In this document: positions 27,996 to 38,166 of the stretch, piece after piece
Numbering within the stretch: position 1 is the first letter of the stretch
Layout of the letters: each line of letters opens with the position of its first letter
IMG/VR virus record: IMGVR_UViG_3300029319_000003
Location: 96,001-160,000 of that record
Direction: 5' to 3' (one strand)
Source: a virus
DNA: 64,000 nucleotides
Notes under the pieces: model-generated
Told to the model about the DNA's origin: nothing
Seen by the model: only the letters and a program-made list of their open reading frames with translations
Databases searched by the model: none
Program-made: the position numbers and the translations under genes

Positions 27996-30900
27996 TTAAC
28001 ACTCCGGTAAGCAGCCGCCGTCGTCACTCATTCCCTTTTCTTCAGCCTTGTTGGGCAATTCGAATCCAAGATCCATACCGCCGCCGGCGCTTGCGCTAAG
28101 ATCGAGGTTACCTAATCCTAACGCCAAATAGATCAAACCAAGTGGCGTAATTGGTGGACCGGGCATCCCCAAGAATATATTCATAGGTAGCATGCCGAAT
28201 GAAATAATTGGCACAGGAATTGCAACACCAAGCAAACATCCGAGAGAAAATAGTTTTACTGCAATAGAAATATTCGGATCCATAAACTCGACAACAAACT
28301 TAAACACAAGTAGCGGTGTCATCAACATCATCTTGAAGACGAAACCAAGCCCTAAGCCCTTCAAGCAAAGTCCAAACCCAAAGTTCAAACCAAAACACTT
28401 TGCCAACTTACTTGCAAGTTTGCCCGAGGCATTACTGAGCCCTCCAGAGCCTCCGACGCAAAGCATATTATCATCTTCATATGTGTAATCTCCACCATTC
28501 AAAAGAATCCAGAAAAGCCTATGAAGTTCATCACGGGTGTTTTCGAAACTCAACGGAACGCCATCATAATTAGACACGGCGGTGATAGTATAAAGCGTCA
28601 ACATTGACATGTATCGGTTAAGAGGGAAAGTGTATCCAAACATCACGTCAAACCACTCGTCTTCTTGAATTTGCTGATGCAAATCATAAGTTGGATGGCT
28701 TGTTTCAAAGTAACTTCCATCACTAACATCGCCAAGGAGCATAGACAAATCAAGATCTTGCTCAACAGAAACCAGTGGAACTGGGGTGATCAAGCGAACA
28801 ATTTCAGTATCTTCTAAAGTATTTGTACCCAGCGCGGATGTGTCAAGGGTCGCTTTTTGTGCGGGGAAAGTTTCATACACCGCGAACGCTGCGTTTTCTC
28901 TGGCTGCGGAATGATGCTCTTCGCTGAAAGTCTCGACCAAGGCTCCAAAATTATATGTGGCATTTTGTGCCCCGAGAGTGTTTGAAATGACAGGGAAACT
29001 CTGCGAAGACAACACAGATGAATAATCAGACGAAGGCACCAGTGTCCCACTCGGATCTGTTTCCAGTGACGAACTCACATAAGGCACCTCAACCATTTGT
29101 TGGTCGCTCATAGGAGGAATATATGTAAGACGATAACCATATTTTATTTCTGAATACAGTTCGTTTAGCCTTGCTTCCTCGCGTGGATTTTCTGCACGCT
29201 CCTCTTCAGTCCTCAAGTCGGTTTCAATAATTTGAGCCATAAACTGTGAAAAGTTTTCAGGGTTTACAACGCCGGTTGTATTTGCAAATTCTGTTGTGCT
29301 TCCCACCTCTTCGCCGTATCGTCTGGCAGTGTCCAACCACTCCTGCTTCAGACCACCCTTTTCCACAACCCTGACATATCTTTCAAGAATAAAGTTGCCG
29401 TTTGTAAGATCAAACGAAACGCCGTCTTTTGATGTGATTAGAGACTCGTTATCTAAAATGGCATCGCCTGTCTCATATTCGTCACTCGCAGAGCGCGTGC
29501 CATCGTCGTCAACATTTACACCGAGAACTTCATAATTATCAGCGGTTACCACATCATCATTCAACTCCGAGAATCGAACATCATATTGACTAGATGGAGT
29601 GTTAAATACCGGCACATAAGTACTGAGCCATTTATTCTTAACACTTGTTACATTACCAGTCGTGCCAAGCAGATCTTGAAGATCCTTTGCAACATCAGTG
29701 ACCTGCTCTTTGATCAAGTAAGGCATGGACCAGCCGGTGGGATGAGAAAATTCATTAAATTCTCCCGAAGTTATTTTGATTTGCCGCTCTGCCTCTTCTT
29801 CTTCAAAGTAACCTTCAGCGACCATGTTATGGTAAGTCAGATCAGCCTGCTCCATAAATCGAAGATAATAATTCTGGCTATACGCACGAATGTCGGTTTC
29901 CATCAACTTGGCAAACATATCTAATGATGCGGCGTCAAGAACGGCTTCCACATCAAACGTGGAAAATGCAAACACCCCTCTCAAGAAATAGTCAATAAGA
30001 TTTGCTCTAATCGTTGTTCGAATGCACGCATCCATTGCAGCCCTTTCGATAGAACTCATCTTGTCGCTGCCCTTTCCATCCGTTGCTGGGGGGTCGTCAT
30101 CACAAAGACCAGCCAACGCATCATCCATAACTTTTTTCTTTAAGCAGTCAAGATTGAGCAAATGTGGATCGACACCACAAGCACGCTGGGCATCAGTTGG
30201 ATCTGGGTTCAACTCGACCAATTCAACCTTCGGAGTCCATGACCAAATTTTATTATCTCCGCTGCCAACAGTTGATTCAATAACATCAAAGAAGGCTGAC
30301 GCTGCGACTTCCCTACTGACATGTGAGAAAAGATCTTTTGAAATTTGGGAAAAGAGCGTTGTCTTGAAGTACGATGACATAGAGTCATACTTTTCAATCA
30401 TTGCGGGATTGGAACCAACTGTGCTGGTCCACATGTGCTTAACATACTCTCCGAATACTTCTTGCTGCGGTGAATAAATAACTGTCGAAAAATCACTACG
30501 AACTTTGTCCTGAATTACTTTTTTCCTATCGTAATCCATCTCTACCGAATTCTCTATATGAAGAATTGGCATCCCGTTCATCTTGACGGAAATTATATAT
30601 TCATCATCCAAATAGGTAGATGGATCGGGCGGTGTCACTGCTTCTGCGACTTCCGCAGCCGAAGCATCGCTTTCCAAAAGGGGCTCTCTGACACCTTCAA
30701 TCGTACCTACGATGACTTCGGACTCATCCTCTTCTGTGACTATGGGCTTTGCAACCGGCATATGATATTCAATAGACCAGTTGGGAAGTGCATTTTGAAA
30801 TTGGGAAAAGATTGAAGTGTCAATGTCCAGATCGCCAAAATCAATATCATCTAATTCTTGCAGCCCCTGCATGGCGTTAACAGCATTCGGATCCGGTGGC

Positions 30901-33900
30901 AAGATCATTTCATAATAATAACTTCCAGAAGTGTCGTACTTCATCGTGAAAGCGTCATTGCCTTCCAAGCCCTCAAGACTATCCTTCACATGTGGAGCAC
31001 ACCGCTTCTTTTGAGTGTCAACATCTGTGTATTTGTTAATGTAGTCATCATGGTCCAAGTCAAACGGATCAGCCTTCTTTTTCAAAAAAGCAACTTCAGG
31101 AATTCCCTGCGCCATCATTCTTTTAACTTCAGGATGAGGAACCCAATGGTTGGTCATGTCTCCGTCTTCGTCTTTCAACTTTCTTTCGACAAGAGTAGGT
31201 ACCTGTTGCTTTACAGTGGTATTCTCAATCATAGGAGATGCCCACTCTTGAGCGTCTAAATTAAATGCCATGTATGTTGGCTCAAACATAGTATCGATAG
31301 TCTTACGCATCATGTAAGTCACCGACTCAGGCAACTCATCCACCAAGCCGGGAGTAATCGTTCCGTCTGGGTTCTTTACACAAAACACTGGGGGTGCTGT
31401 AAACTCTCCGTCTTCCAACTCTTCTAGAAGGTTTTGAATTTGCTCTGCTTGTTTTTTCTTTCTATCCTTAACCTTGTCAAGCATTTCTTCGATCTGATCA
31501 TCGGTAATGTCATCGCCCTTGTCACGCAACAAGTCTTCCCGCAGTCTTCGCAGCGAACCGTCAATGTCACAAAGGGGTCGATCCGAAGGTAGGTAAAGTT
31601 TTGGCGCACCAATAGAGCCTTCAGCCAACTTGTCGCACAGACTACTGTCTGCCAAGCCGCCAATCGCCCTAAACGCCGCTACAATCTTTGTAGTGGAATT
31701 AAGTTTTGAGAACTCTTGTCTGTAATTTACAATTAAAGATTTTACAAGTTCAACAACATACGGAGGCGGGTTGCCATTCAAAAGCGCACAAAGTTCGCCG
31801 GGTGTCAACAAGGCAGAAACGTCATCTAAGAAGCCACCAATTTGAGCGGCTGGAGTCTCCTCTGTCTGACCGCCGGCTTCATCTTGTGCTGCCTGATCAT
31901 CCACTTCGTCAGGCGTCAAGCCCATTGCATCAAGAAGGTCTGCCACGTCATCTGCATTCGCGCCATTGTCTGCCAGCAGATCTCCAATGTTTTCACCACC
32001 AAAATCATCTGTAGTGTTGTTGTCTGCATCCTTACAATCAGCAACCAAGCCGTTGAGCAAACCCTTGACCATTTCTACAAACATCTGGGTGATCATTTCT
32101 TTGATCATCTCAACCAGCATATCTTTGAAGCCTGCCATAATGTCGGCAATCGGCATTTCATCCGGCAATGACAACTTAGGGATCTTAAAGTTCTTTGGAA
32201 GTTCTGGCTCCCACAAAGCATCGACAGATTCGAATAAATCTTCAATACCACCGGCAAGGTCGCTTAAGTTATCCATCATATCACCAATTGCAGATAAGTC
32301 AATCTCAACCGATGGAAGTGAAATTTGCTGACATGCTAACAATCTTAGCAATAGATCAGCAATTGGAATTCTTGCCAAAATTGCCCTAAAGGCATCGTCA
32401 AGATCATGAATCTGAGCAACGGTTGCTGCTAAGTCTTGAAGTACAGGATCTCCAGTGTAATCTTTCCTATTTTTCACACCAGCCACAATTGCAGATTTAA
32501 GACCAAGATTATTCATAATCTCTGAATCTTCTTTCAACTTGACGGTGTTAGATTTTTTACCGTTTTTTGTTTTCGTCTCCGCTTCAAAGGCATCGGCAAC
32601 ATCAACAGAGCCGGCACACTTATTAGCCTTATCTGATGGATAGACCGTAGGCGGTTCTGGCTTGATGAACACATTTAAAAACTCCATCCACGGAACATTG
32701 CTGTACTCAACATTAGAAATTACTTCTGAAAAGAATAGAAGCGCCATTGTGGTTGGATCATCAAACGGATCGGATTTGACTAATTGTTTAAATCCACGGG
32801 TGGGTAAGTTTCTTAAATAAGACGGGGCGCTTTCTGTGTACTGAATCCAAACTAAATTGAAATCTTTATCCCACCCCAACTCTACAAGATCTTCCGACTC
32901 TTCTCGGAACCGCCGGTCATTTTCCAGCATGTGAGTTTTTAGTTTCCCCACACATGCTCTAATACGATCACCCTGCTCTGTCAAGTTAATACATGGCTCG
33001 ACCGCATAGCCACTCTTATTCATGTCTTTCTGATATTGCTGAAGTTTTTTAGCGGCTTTCTTGACAATAGCCCTCATTTGGTTAGAATAAAAAGGCTGAT
33101 AATAGATTACCTCGGATGCAGCAAAAGAACTACCGCTCTTTTCATATTCCTTATCAGGACTGTAGCCCATCGTCACCTTGCCTCGGGCTGCTACCGAATC
33201 AAGACCCCCAACATATTTCTCTGGGACGGTCACCAAGACTCTAAGGTGACTCTTTGGTCGCGGATCAATATACCAGTCTTCTGCGCGGGCAAAACAAAAA
33301 TGGGACAACAATTCTTCAATATAATCTGTGCTGTGCTTTTTATCAAGGTAACTTAATATCTCTTCAACACCCGTGTAAAGTGCCTCTTCCATTCTGTTAG
33401 TAAGTTCAGATCCGCCTGTTGTAGTGTATTGTGTCTCTACTGGGATGCACCACTTTGCCGTTTGTTTATCAAAATAAACCTTATTGGGCGTCTGCCCATC
33501 CCAATTAATAAGCCATGCCGATGAGTCGGGAAGAGATTTTTTTGATGGAATCATCTCCAAAGAAGCGGGCGTTCCATCTAGCGGTTCCAAAAATTTATAT
33601 TTAACATATACAGCCTCAGTGTATGCCGAGGTCGGGACGATCACTTGCGCCCATTCACATTTATATCCAACGCCTTCGTCCACCACGATAACTTGAGCAT
33701 CGTCGTCAAGCATTTCTAATAGTTTGCCTTTACGACCCGGATCCCTCTTTGCATAATCTGATGTACGGAGCAAGGAATAGTTATCTCGCAGCGCCAACCC
33801 CTTGCCCTCGGTGACCACTCGGTGCGTTGCAGTGGAGGGCATTGGTGGAACCATAGAAGTCATTTCATATTCTGAATCTTGCTCGGAAATCGTTGAGATT

Positions 33901-34127
33901 TCGGAAACTTCATTTTTCGATGCACTTGCTCTTTGGCTGTGCAACTCAGTAAGAGCCTGTGCAATGTGTGTATTCAGATCATTATCCCACGTTTTCGCCG
34001 CCGTTCGATTAGACGGGCGCGAACCACTTTTTTCTTCAAACTCAACAACCGCTGAATCATAAATCGCCTGCGCTTCGGGGTCGCGGGAAAGATTTATTGT
34101 TGTTCCATTAACTTTGATTGTCTTCAT
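27996..34127 (-). CDS. Large virion protein (2043 aa): N-terminal SH3b-like domain, helical core, hydrophobic Gly/Cys-rich C-terminus
   Basis: HRVVTEGKGLALR..VIVVDEGVG..EWAQV is SH3b-like; the C-terminal ~100 aa are strongly hydrophobic. Confidence 0.55.
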   Translation of the reverse strand: MKTIKVNGTTINLSRDPEAQAIYDSAVVEFEEKSGSRPSNRTAAKTWDNDLNTHIAQALTELHSQRASASKNEVSEISTISEQDSEYEMTSMVPPMPSTATHRVVTEGKGLALRDNYSLLRTSDYAKRDPGRKGKLLEMLDDDAQVIVVDEGVGYKCEWAQVIVPTSAYTEAVYVKYKFLEPLDGTPASLEMIPSKKSLPDSSAWLINWDGQTPNKVYFDKQTAKWCIPVETQYTTTGGSELTNRMEEALYTGVEEILSYLDKKHSTDYIEELLSHFCFARAEDWYIDPRPKSHLRVLVTVPEKYVGGLDSVAARGKVTMGYSPDKEYEKSGSSFAASEVIYYQPFYSNQMRAIVKKAAKKLQQYQKDMNKSGYAVEPCINLTEQGDRIRACVGKLKTHMLENDRRFREESEDLVELGWDKDFNLVWIQYTESAPSYLRNLPTRGFKQLVKSDPFDDPTTMALLFFSEVISNVEYSNVPWMEFLNVFIKPEPPTVYPSDKANKCAGSVDVADAFEAETKTKNGKKSNTVKLKEDSEIMNNLGLKSAIVAGVKNRKDYTGDPVLQDLAATVAQIHDLDDAFRAILARIPIADLLLRLLACQQISLPSVEIDLSAIGDMMDNLSDLAGGIEDLFESVDALWEPELPKNFKIPKLSLPDEMPIADIMAGFKDMLVEMIKEMITQMFVEMVKGLLNGLVADCKDADNNTTDDFGGENIGDLLADNGANADDVADLLDAMGLTPDEVDDQAAQDEAGGQTEETPAAQIGGFLDDVSALLTPGELCALLNGNPPPYVVELVKSLIVNYRQEFSKLNSTTKIVAAFRAIGGLADSSLCDKLAEGSIGAPKLYLPSDRPLCDIDGSLRRLREDLLRDKGDDITDDQIEEMLDKVKDRKKKQAEQIQNLLEELEDGEFTAPPVFCVKNPDGTITPGLVDELPESVTYMMRKTIDTMFEPTYMAFNLDAQEWASPMIENTTVKQQVPTLVERKLKDEDGDMTNHWVPHPEVKRMMAQGIPEVAFLKKKADPFDLDHDDYINKYTDVDTQKKRCAPHVKDSLEGLEGNDAFTMKYDTSGSYYYEMILPPDPNAVNAMQGLQELDDIDFGDLDIDTSIFSQFQNALPNWSIEYHMPVAKPIVTEEDESEVIVGTIEGVREPLLESDASAAEVAEAVTPPDPSTYLDDEYIISVKMNGMPILHIENSVEMDYDRKKVIQDKVRSDFSTVIYSPQQEVFGEYVKHMWTSTVGSNPAMIEKYDSMSSYFKTTLFSQISKDLFSHVSREVAASAFFDVIESTVGSGDNKIWSWTPKVELVELNPDPTDAQRACGVDPHLLNLDCLKKKVMDDALAGLCDDDPPATDGKGSDKMSSIERAAMDACIRTTIRANLIDYFLRGVFAFSTFDVEAVLDAASLDMFAKLMETDIRAYSQNYYLRFMEQADLTYHNMVAEGYFEEEEAERQIKITSGEFNEFSHPTGWSMPYLIKEQVTDVAKDLQDLLGTTGNVTSVKNKWLSTYVPVFNTPSSQYDVRFSELNDDVVTADNYEVLGVNVDDDGTRSASDEYETGDAILDNESLITSKDGVSFDLTNGNFILERYVRVVEKGGLKQEWLDTARRYGEEVGSTTEFANTTGVVNPENFSQFMAQIIETDLRTEEERAENPREEARLNELYSEIKYGYRLTYIPPMSDQQMVEVPYVSSSLETDPSGTLVPSSDYSSVLSSQSFPVISNTLGAQNATYNFGALVETFSEEHHSAARENAAFAVYETFPAQKATLDTSALGTNTLEDTEIVRLITPVPLVSVEQDLDLSMLLGDVSDGSYFETSHPTYDLHQQIQEDEWFDVMFGYTFPLNRYMSMLTLYTITAVSNYDGVPLSFENTRDELHRLFWILLNGGDYTYEDDNMLCVGGSGGLSNASGKLASKLAKCFGLNFGFGLCLKGLGLGFVFKMMLMTPLLVFKFVVEFMDPNISIAVKLFSLGCLLGVAIPVPIISFGMLPMNIFLGMPGPPITPLGLIYLALGLGNLDLSASAGGGMDLGFELPNKAEEKGMSDDGGCLPEC

Positions 34128-34139
34128 AATAGCATCCTA

Positions 34140-35066
34140 CTAGTTCACATTATTGTACGCGCTGTTGATATACTTACCGCCGGAGACAACAAGATATGTG
34201 TTTTCCATCATAACCAAGTTTGTTTTATGCATCATAAGACCGAGTTTAACTTGAGTCAACATGTCGATAGCCGCCTTAATCCCACCAGCCACAACAGGAG
34301 GTGAAGGAGAAGTGGGCATGCCATAAAACGGAGAAAAATGAAAATGAGAAGCCAACTGAGAATTAAAAGTCATTTGAATCATACACAAAGAATCAACAAT
34401 ACCATTTAGTTTATCCATGTGGTGTACAATTCTCTGGAGTGCCATTTCCAAGTTATTACCGAGAACCATCGGCTGCAAATTCTCATCATCGTTACCTGCA
34501 ATAATATCCACTCCACTTACGCCTTTAACGTCTGCTCCTTGTGAGTTCGTTAGGTCGGTCTTTGTAACGAGTTTTATTCCCTCTCTCGCAATGACACGAA
34601 TCTGATCTGCCTTTAAAGCAACCGCAGATTTTGTGTCAGCAGTCCCGACAGCGCCGGGAGCCAAAGCAAAGTTTTTATCAACATCGGTTTTTTGGCTAAT
34701 GTAGATGCGTGCGGCATCTGTTTTAAAACTTGGATCGACATATACCGGCTCGTCATCTTCAAATTCAGTTGGCTGGTAAGCCATACGCCCAACAACCATG
34801 TCGATGGAAGCACACTGAGTGTATCCCTTACCGCCGTATCCACTTAGACGAGATGCGTGCCTATCTCGACCAAGCACAACCCAAGAGTTAGCCATTTTAT
34901 AAACCTTCTCTGTGTCGCATGAAATAAAGTTAGGTACCGGCTCTTTGATGGGGTCGCCACCAATGCCCATGTTTCTAAGTCTTGTTGTTTCACTGGACGC
35001 TGCCAGTTTGTCTGCTGCCTTTTGATTTCCATTCTCTAAATCAACGGCTTTTTTTAGATCACCCAT
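34140..35066 (-). CDS. Putative baseplate hub/spike (gp5/gpV C-terminal-like) protein (308 aa)
   Basis: Beta-rich repeats SAVALKADQIRVIAREGIKL followed by QPMVLGNNLEMAL; sits between the hub-like hydrolase and the wedge genes. Confidence 0.45.
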   Translation of the reverse strand: MGDLKKAVDLENGNQKAADKLAASSETTRLRNMGIGGDPIKEPVPNFISCDTEKVYKMANSWVVLGRDRHASRLSGYGGKGYTQCASIDMVVGRMAYQPTEFEDDEPVYVDPSFKTDAARIYISQKTDVDKNFALAPGAVGTADTKSAVALKADQIRVIAREGIKLVTKTDLTNSQGADVKGVSGVDIIAGNDDENLQPMVLGNNLEMALQRIVHHMDKLNGIVDSLCMIQMTFNSQLASHFHFSPFYGMPTSPSPPVVAGGIKAAIDMLTQVKLGLMMHKTNLVMMENTYLVVSGGKYINSAYNNVN

Positions 35067-35075
35067 GTGTCTTCC

Positions 35076-37865
35076 TTAATTTTTAAAATATCCACCTGTC
35101 CAAGTGCGCTGCCCTTCTGCCCACGGGGGCTCGCCGCCTTGATCATACATCGTCAACAATACATCACCAAAAGTTGTCTGACCGGGCACAAGCCCATTGT
35201 GGGATTCAAAGTGCCACCACTCAGAGTGTGCCTTACTGTGACTATAGAAGATGGCTCGACCGCCAATATTGTGCATACCATATGCAGATGCTAAATTTGT
35301 AAAATGAACAAAGTTGCCAGAAACCGTCTTTGTTCCCGGTGGGGCGACCCTATATGTTCCACTTGAAACGTCGATAGCGTCCAAAGTCAGCGATTCAACC
35401 ACATGTGTATTGCCCATTGCGTCTTGAGCGCTGGTACCTGCCGGCATATCTGACCGAGCGTAAACATAAAACTTTCTTCCATCTTCTTGGAACACGCACA
35501 CATATTCGTCAGTTTCAGGATCTCCATCTGGATATAGACCAGCATGGGTCCAAATGTCAACCGCAAGTCCTGTATAGTGGAAAGACGTAGCGCTACGTCC
35601 CGGTCCCACAGAAGCATCCAAAGGACGGATGGCTCCAACGGACGCAAACACGCAGCCCAGTTCATTTAAAACTCTTTTTATATCCGAAAACGCTGGAGCA
35701 ACATCCTCGCGGACCTTAACCGCCCCGTAGCCCTTACCAGCGGCAAAACCATATCGACACTGATCCATCTCTACACGAACCAACTTCATCTTAGGATCAG
35801 ATACAATCAAGTTACCGTTTTCATCAAAATAGCCACCACCACAAACAGAGGCTGCGGAGGGTGCGGATGGATTGGCGGCAGTTTCCGTGCCGTCAGTGGG
35901 TGTCGAACCTTCTCCTGAAGCGCTGGAGGTTTCAGAGGCGGCACCTTCCGTAGTTGCTGCGGTTTCAGTTGCCCCTTCTTCCGTTGGCTCTTCAGACGCC
36001 GATGCGCCGGACTCCGTGTCTTCCGTTGTTTCAGACGCTTCCCCGCCTTCCTCGATAACATAGCCCTGCGAGCCTTCAACTTGTGTGGCTTCAGCCTCGC
36101 CAACCGATGCCTTTTCAATTGGGCTTAATTCTCCTGTGAATAGTGACGGTGCTTCGTCTTGTGCTAACTCTTCATTCCATTCATCATCGGGTCGTCCACC
36201 CGAAAACCAAGACCCGCCCCAAATTTCTCTCATATGTTCTGGCTGGAATGCGTAAATTTGATTACCACTATTGCGGGAATACCAATTCTGCCAAGTTTCC
36301 GATCCAACGCCGCCATAATATTCCTTATGGGATTCTGCAATTCTTAACTCTCCCGATGGTCCTGCATAAGCAATTGCGACATGAGTTATTCCATTAATTA
36401 AGCCATCTGTGGATCTCTCGCTTTCCTTGTACTCTTCCCAAGTAGCAGGCTCGCGGAGGAACAGCGCACCCCCATCGTCATCAACCCCGCCGGGATACTC
36501 TGTACCATTTCCAGTGCCGACAAACAAAACATCACCGGGCATAATTGGATCATGATAGTCTTGCCAACTCTTGTTAAAATCAGCGCTCCCATGAACAGTG
36601 TTCCATTTTCCAATACGAGCGCTTTCATATATCCCATGTGCGAAATCGCCAATCCTGAATGAAATTCCGTGGGACCAGTGCTTCTCTTCTTCTTCTCCCT
36701 CGCCGCCGCGACCATCGAAGCCAGTAAACATTTGATTTCCAAACGCTTCGTTGCCCCCCATAATCAACTCAGTGCCAATTAAAACTAAATTAACAAATCC
36801 TGAAGCGTCAATTCCAGAACTTGTGAAGTTAAATGACTTGCAGCCTTGAGCATAAGGACGCCCAGCCTGATCTTCAATCATCAGTCTGAGAGCCAACAGA
36901 AATTTATCTTTTATCTCCCAACCCTCTTGTTCAGCACCGGCTAACCCAACGGTGCCCGACGAAGCACGACCGCTGCCACCGTCTTGAATATATTTAACGA
37001 ATGCCTCGTCCATCGAAGAGTCTAAGCCGGGTCGGGGAGAATCCTGATCTGTGGGTCCACCGTTCGCCTCGCCAAGAGGGTCGGCAGCGCAGATTTCTTT
37101 TTGGGACGCAGCATCCTCAAGGTATACCGAGTTCCTTAATACTACCGGCACAGTTTCTAAACCGCCGAGAGCGCCGGACATTTGTGTTTGATATGAAGTG
37201 TTCGCATCACCCTTTGCTGCTTCAGATTGAAGACCTGCTGTGCCTAAAGCCCCGCCGCAGCCGCCAGAGTATGCCCCGCTTGCGCCTCCTCCAGCACCGT
37301 CGGCTGCTCCAGCAGATGTTCCACTGCCGCCGGCTGATGGGAAAAGAGGTCCAAGAAACGTAGGGTCTTCCATCGTTTCTCTGTTTCCAAAATCTACCCA
37401 CACCGTATCACCGGGGCATGCAGTATCGTCCGTTTCGCTAGACTCCGCAATAAATATGGGATACATGTCGATGACCGGATCAGTCGGCATGGGATTGCCA
37501 GAGTGTCCATCGTCGGTTGGCTGGGGCAAATGGGCGTGCAATTCTGGGATGCGGCACCGATATTTACCTAGTGGCTTATCCATCAGCCCAGATGGGAAAA
37601 GAGACTTCATCCATCCGGTCAGGACTCCACCGCCTTGTTCTTCAGGTTCCTTCCGAAGCAAAATCGCCTTATACGGTCCCATGCCGGAGGTTGCATCTTT
37701 TTTAAATGTTTCCTGCACAGCAGACTTAACCTGACCCCAAAAATTACTGGTGCCGCGATCAATTGTAGGTCCAGTCTGTTTTGAAAAAGCCGGGTTAAGA
37801 TCACCAAAACTAGGCTCTGAGCGCTCGCCTGCTACAAGCGCTTGTCCGTCTTGATCAGTCGCCAT
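35076..37865 (-). CDS. Baseplate hub-type protein with NlpC/P60-fold domain (catalytic Cys replaced by Ala) and C-terminal peptidase M15 domain (929 aa)
   Basis: N-terminal YRCRIP..PGDTVWVDF (gp5 OB-like); GIDASGFV..PGDVLF..ITHVAIA (NlpC/P60); SFHYTGLAVD..EWWHFE (M15/VanY Zn motifs). Confidence 0.7.
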   Translation of the reverse strand: MATDQDGQALVAGERSEPSFGDLNPAFSKQTGPTIDRGTSNFWGQVKSAVQETFKKDATSGMGPYKAILLRKEPEEQGGGVLTGWMKSLFPSGLMDKPLGKYRCRIPELHAHLPQPTDDGHSGNPMPTDPVIDMYPIFIAESSETDDTACPGDTVWVDFGNRETMEDPTFLGPLFPSAGGSGTSAGAADGAGGGASGAYSGGCGGALGTAGLQSEAAKGDANTSYQTQMSGALGGLETVPVVLRNSVYLEDAASQKEICAADPLGEANGGPTDQDSPRPGLDSSMDEAFVKYIQDGGSGRASSGTVGLAGAEQEGWEIKDKFLLALRLMIEDQAGRPYAQGCKSFNFTSSGIDASGFVNLVLIGTELIMGGNEAFGNQMFTGFDGRGGEGEEEEKHWSHGISFRIGDFAHGIYESARIGKWNTVHGSADFNKSWQDYHDPIMPGDVLFVGTGNGTEYPGGVDDDGGALFLREPATWEEYKESERSTDGLINGITHVAIAYAGPSGELRIAESHKEYYGGVGSETWQNWYSRNSGNQIYAFQPEHMREIWGGSWFSGGRPDDEWNEELAQDEAPSLFTGELSPIEKASVGEAEATQVEGSQGYVIEEGGEASETTEDTESGASASEEPTEEGATETAATTEGAASETSSASGEGSTPTDGTETAANPSAPSAASVCGGGYFDENGNLIVSDPKMKLVRVEMDQCRYGFAAGKGYGAVKVREDVAPAFSDIKRVLNELGCVFASVGAIRPLDASVGPGRSATSFHYTGLAVDIWTHAGLYPDGDPETDEYVCVFQEDGRKFYVYARSDMPAGTSAQDAMGNTHVVESLTLDAIDVSSGTYRVAPPGTKTVSGNFVHFTNLASAYGMHNIGGRAIFYSHSKAHSEWWHFESHNGLVPGQTTFGDVLLTMYDQGGEPPWAEGQRTWTGGYFKN

Positions 37866-38166
37866 CCTCAGTGCCCTCCTCGGTAGAATTATTAATTAGA
37901 TCATAAATCTCTTCTTTCTCTGCATCAGAAAGCCCGACTCCGGCTTGTTCTTTCTTATGTACTAATGTGCCAACTTTAACTAATTGTTCATTAGATCTCT
38001 GGAGTGTTTCAACATATTTAGCAGCAACCGGACCTACCTGTTCATGGGTGTGGTCGCCCTGTACTTTCATGTATTTCATCAAATCAAGGAGGAGGGCGTT
38101 TGTAACCGCTCGGTCCTCCTTAATGTTTTTTACTGCTTGTTCTAATAGTTGATCAAGATTCTTCAT
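37855..38166 (-). CDS. Hypothetical protein (103 aa)
   Basis: Coupled ORF between the sigma factor and the hub protein; helical and charged. Confidence 0.6.
   Translation of the reverse strand: MKNLDQLLEQAVKNIKEDRAVTNALLLDLMKYMKVQGDHTHEQVGPVAAKYVETLQRSNEQLVKVGTLVHKKEQAGVGLSDAEKEEIYDLINNSTEEGTEDGD

Noticed and set aside
1-38166. Chromosomal contractile injection system/tailocin or eukaryotic giant virus
   Set aside because: The gp55-like sigma, tRNA/tmRNA array, PhoH, SD-led coupled operons and absence of host housekeeping genes fit a large tailed bacteriophage
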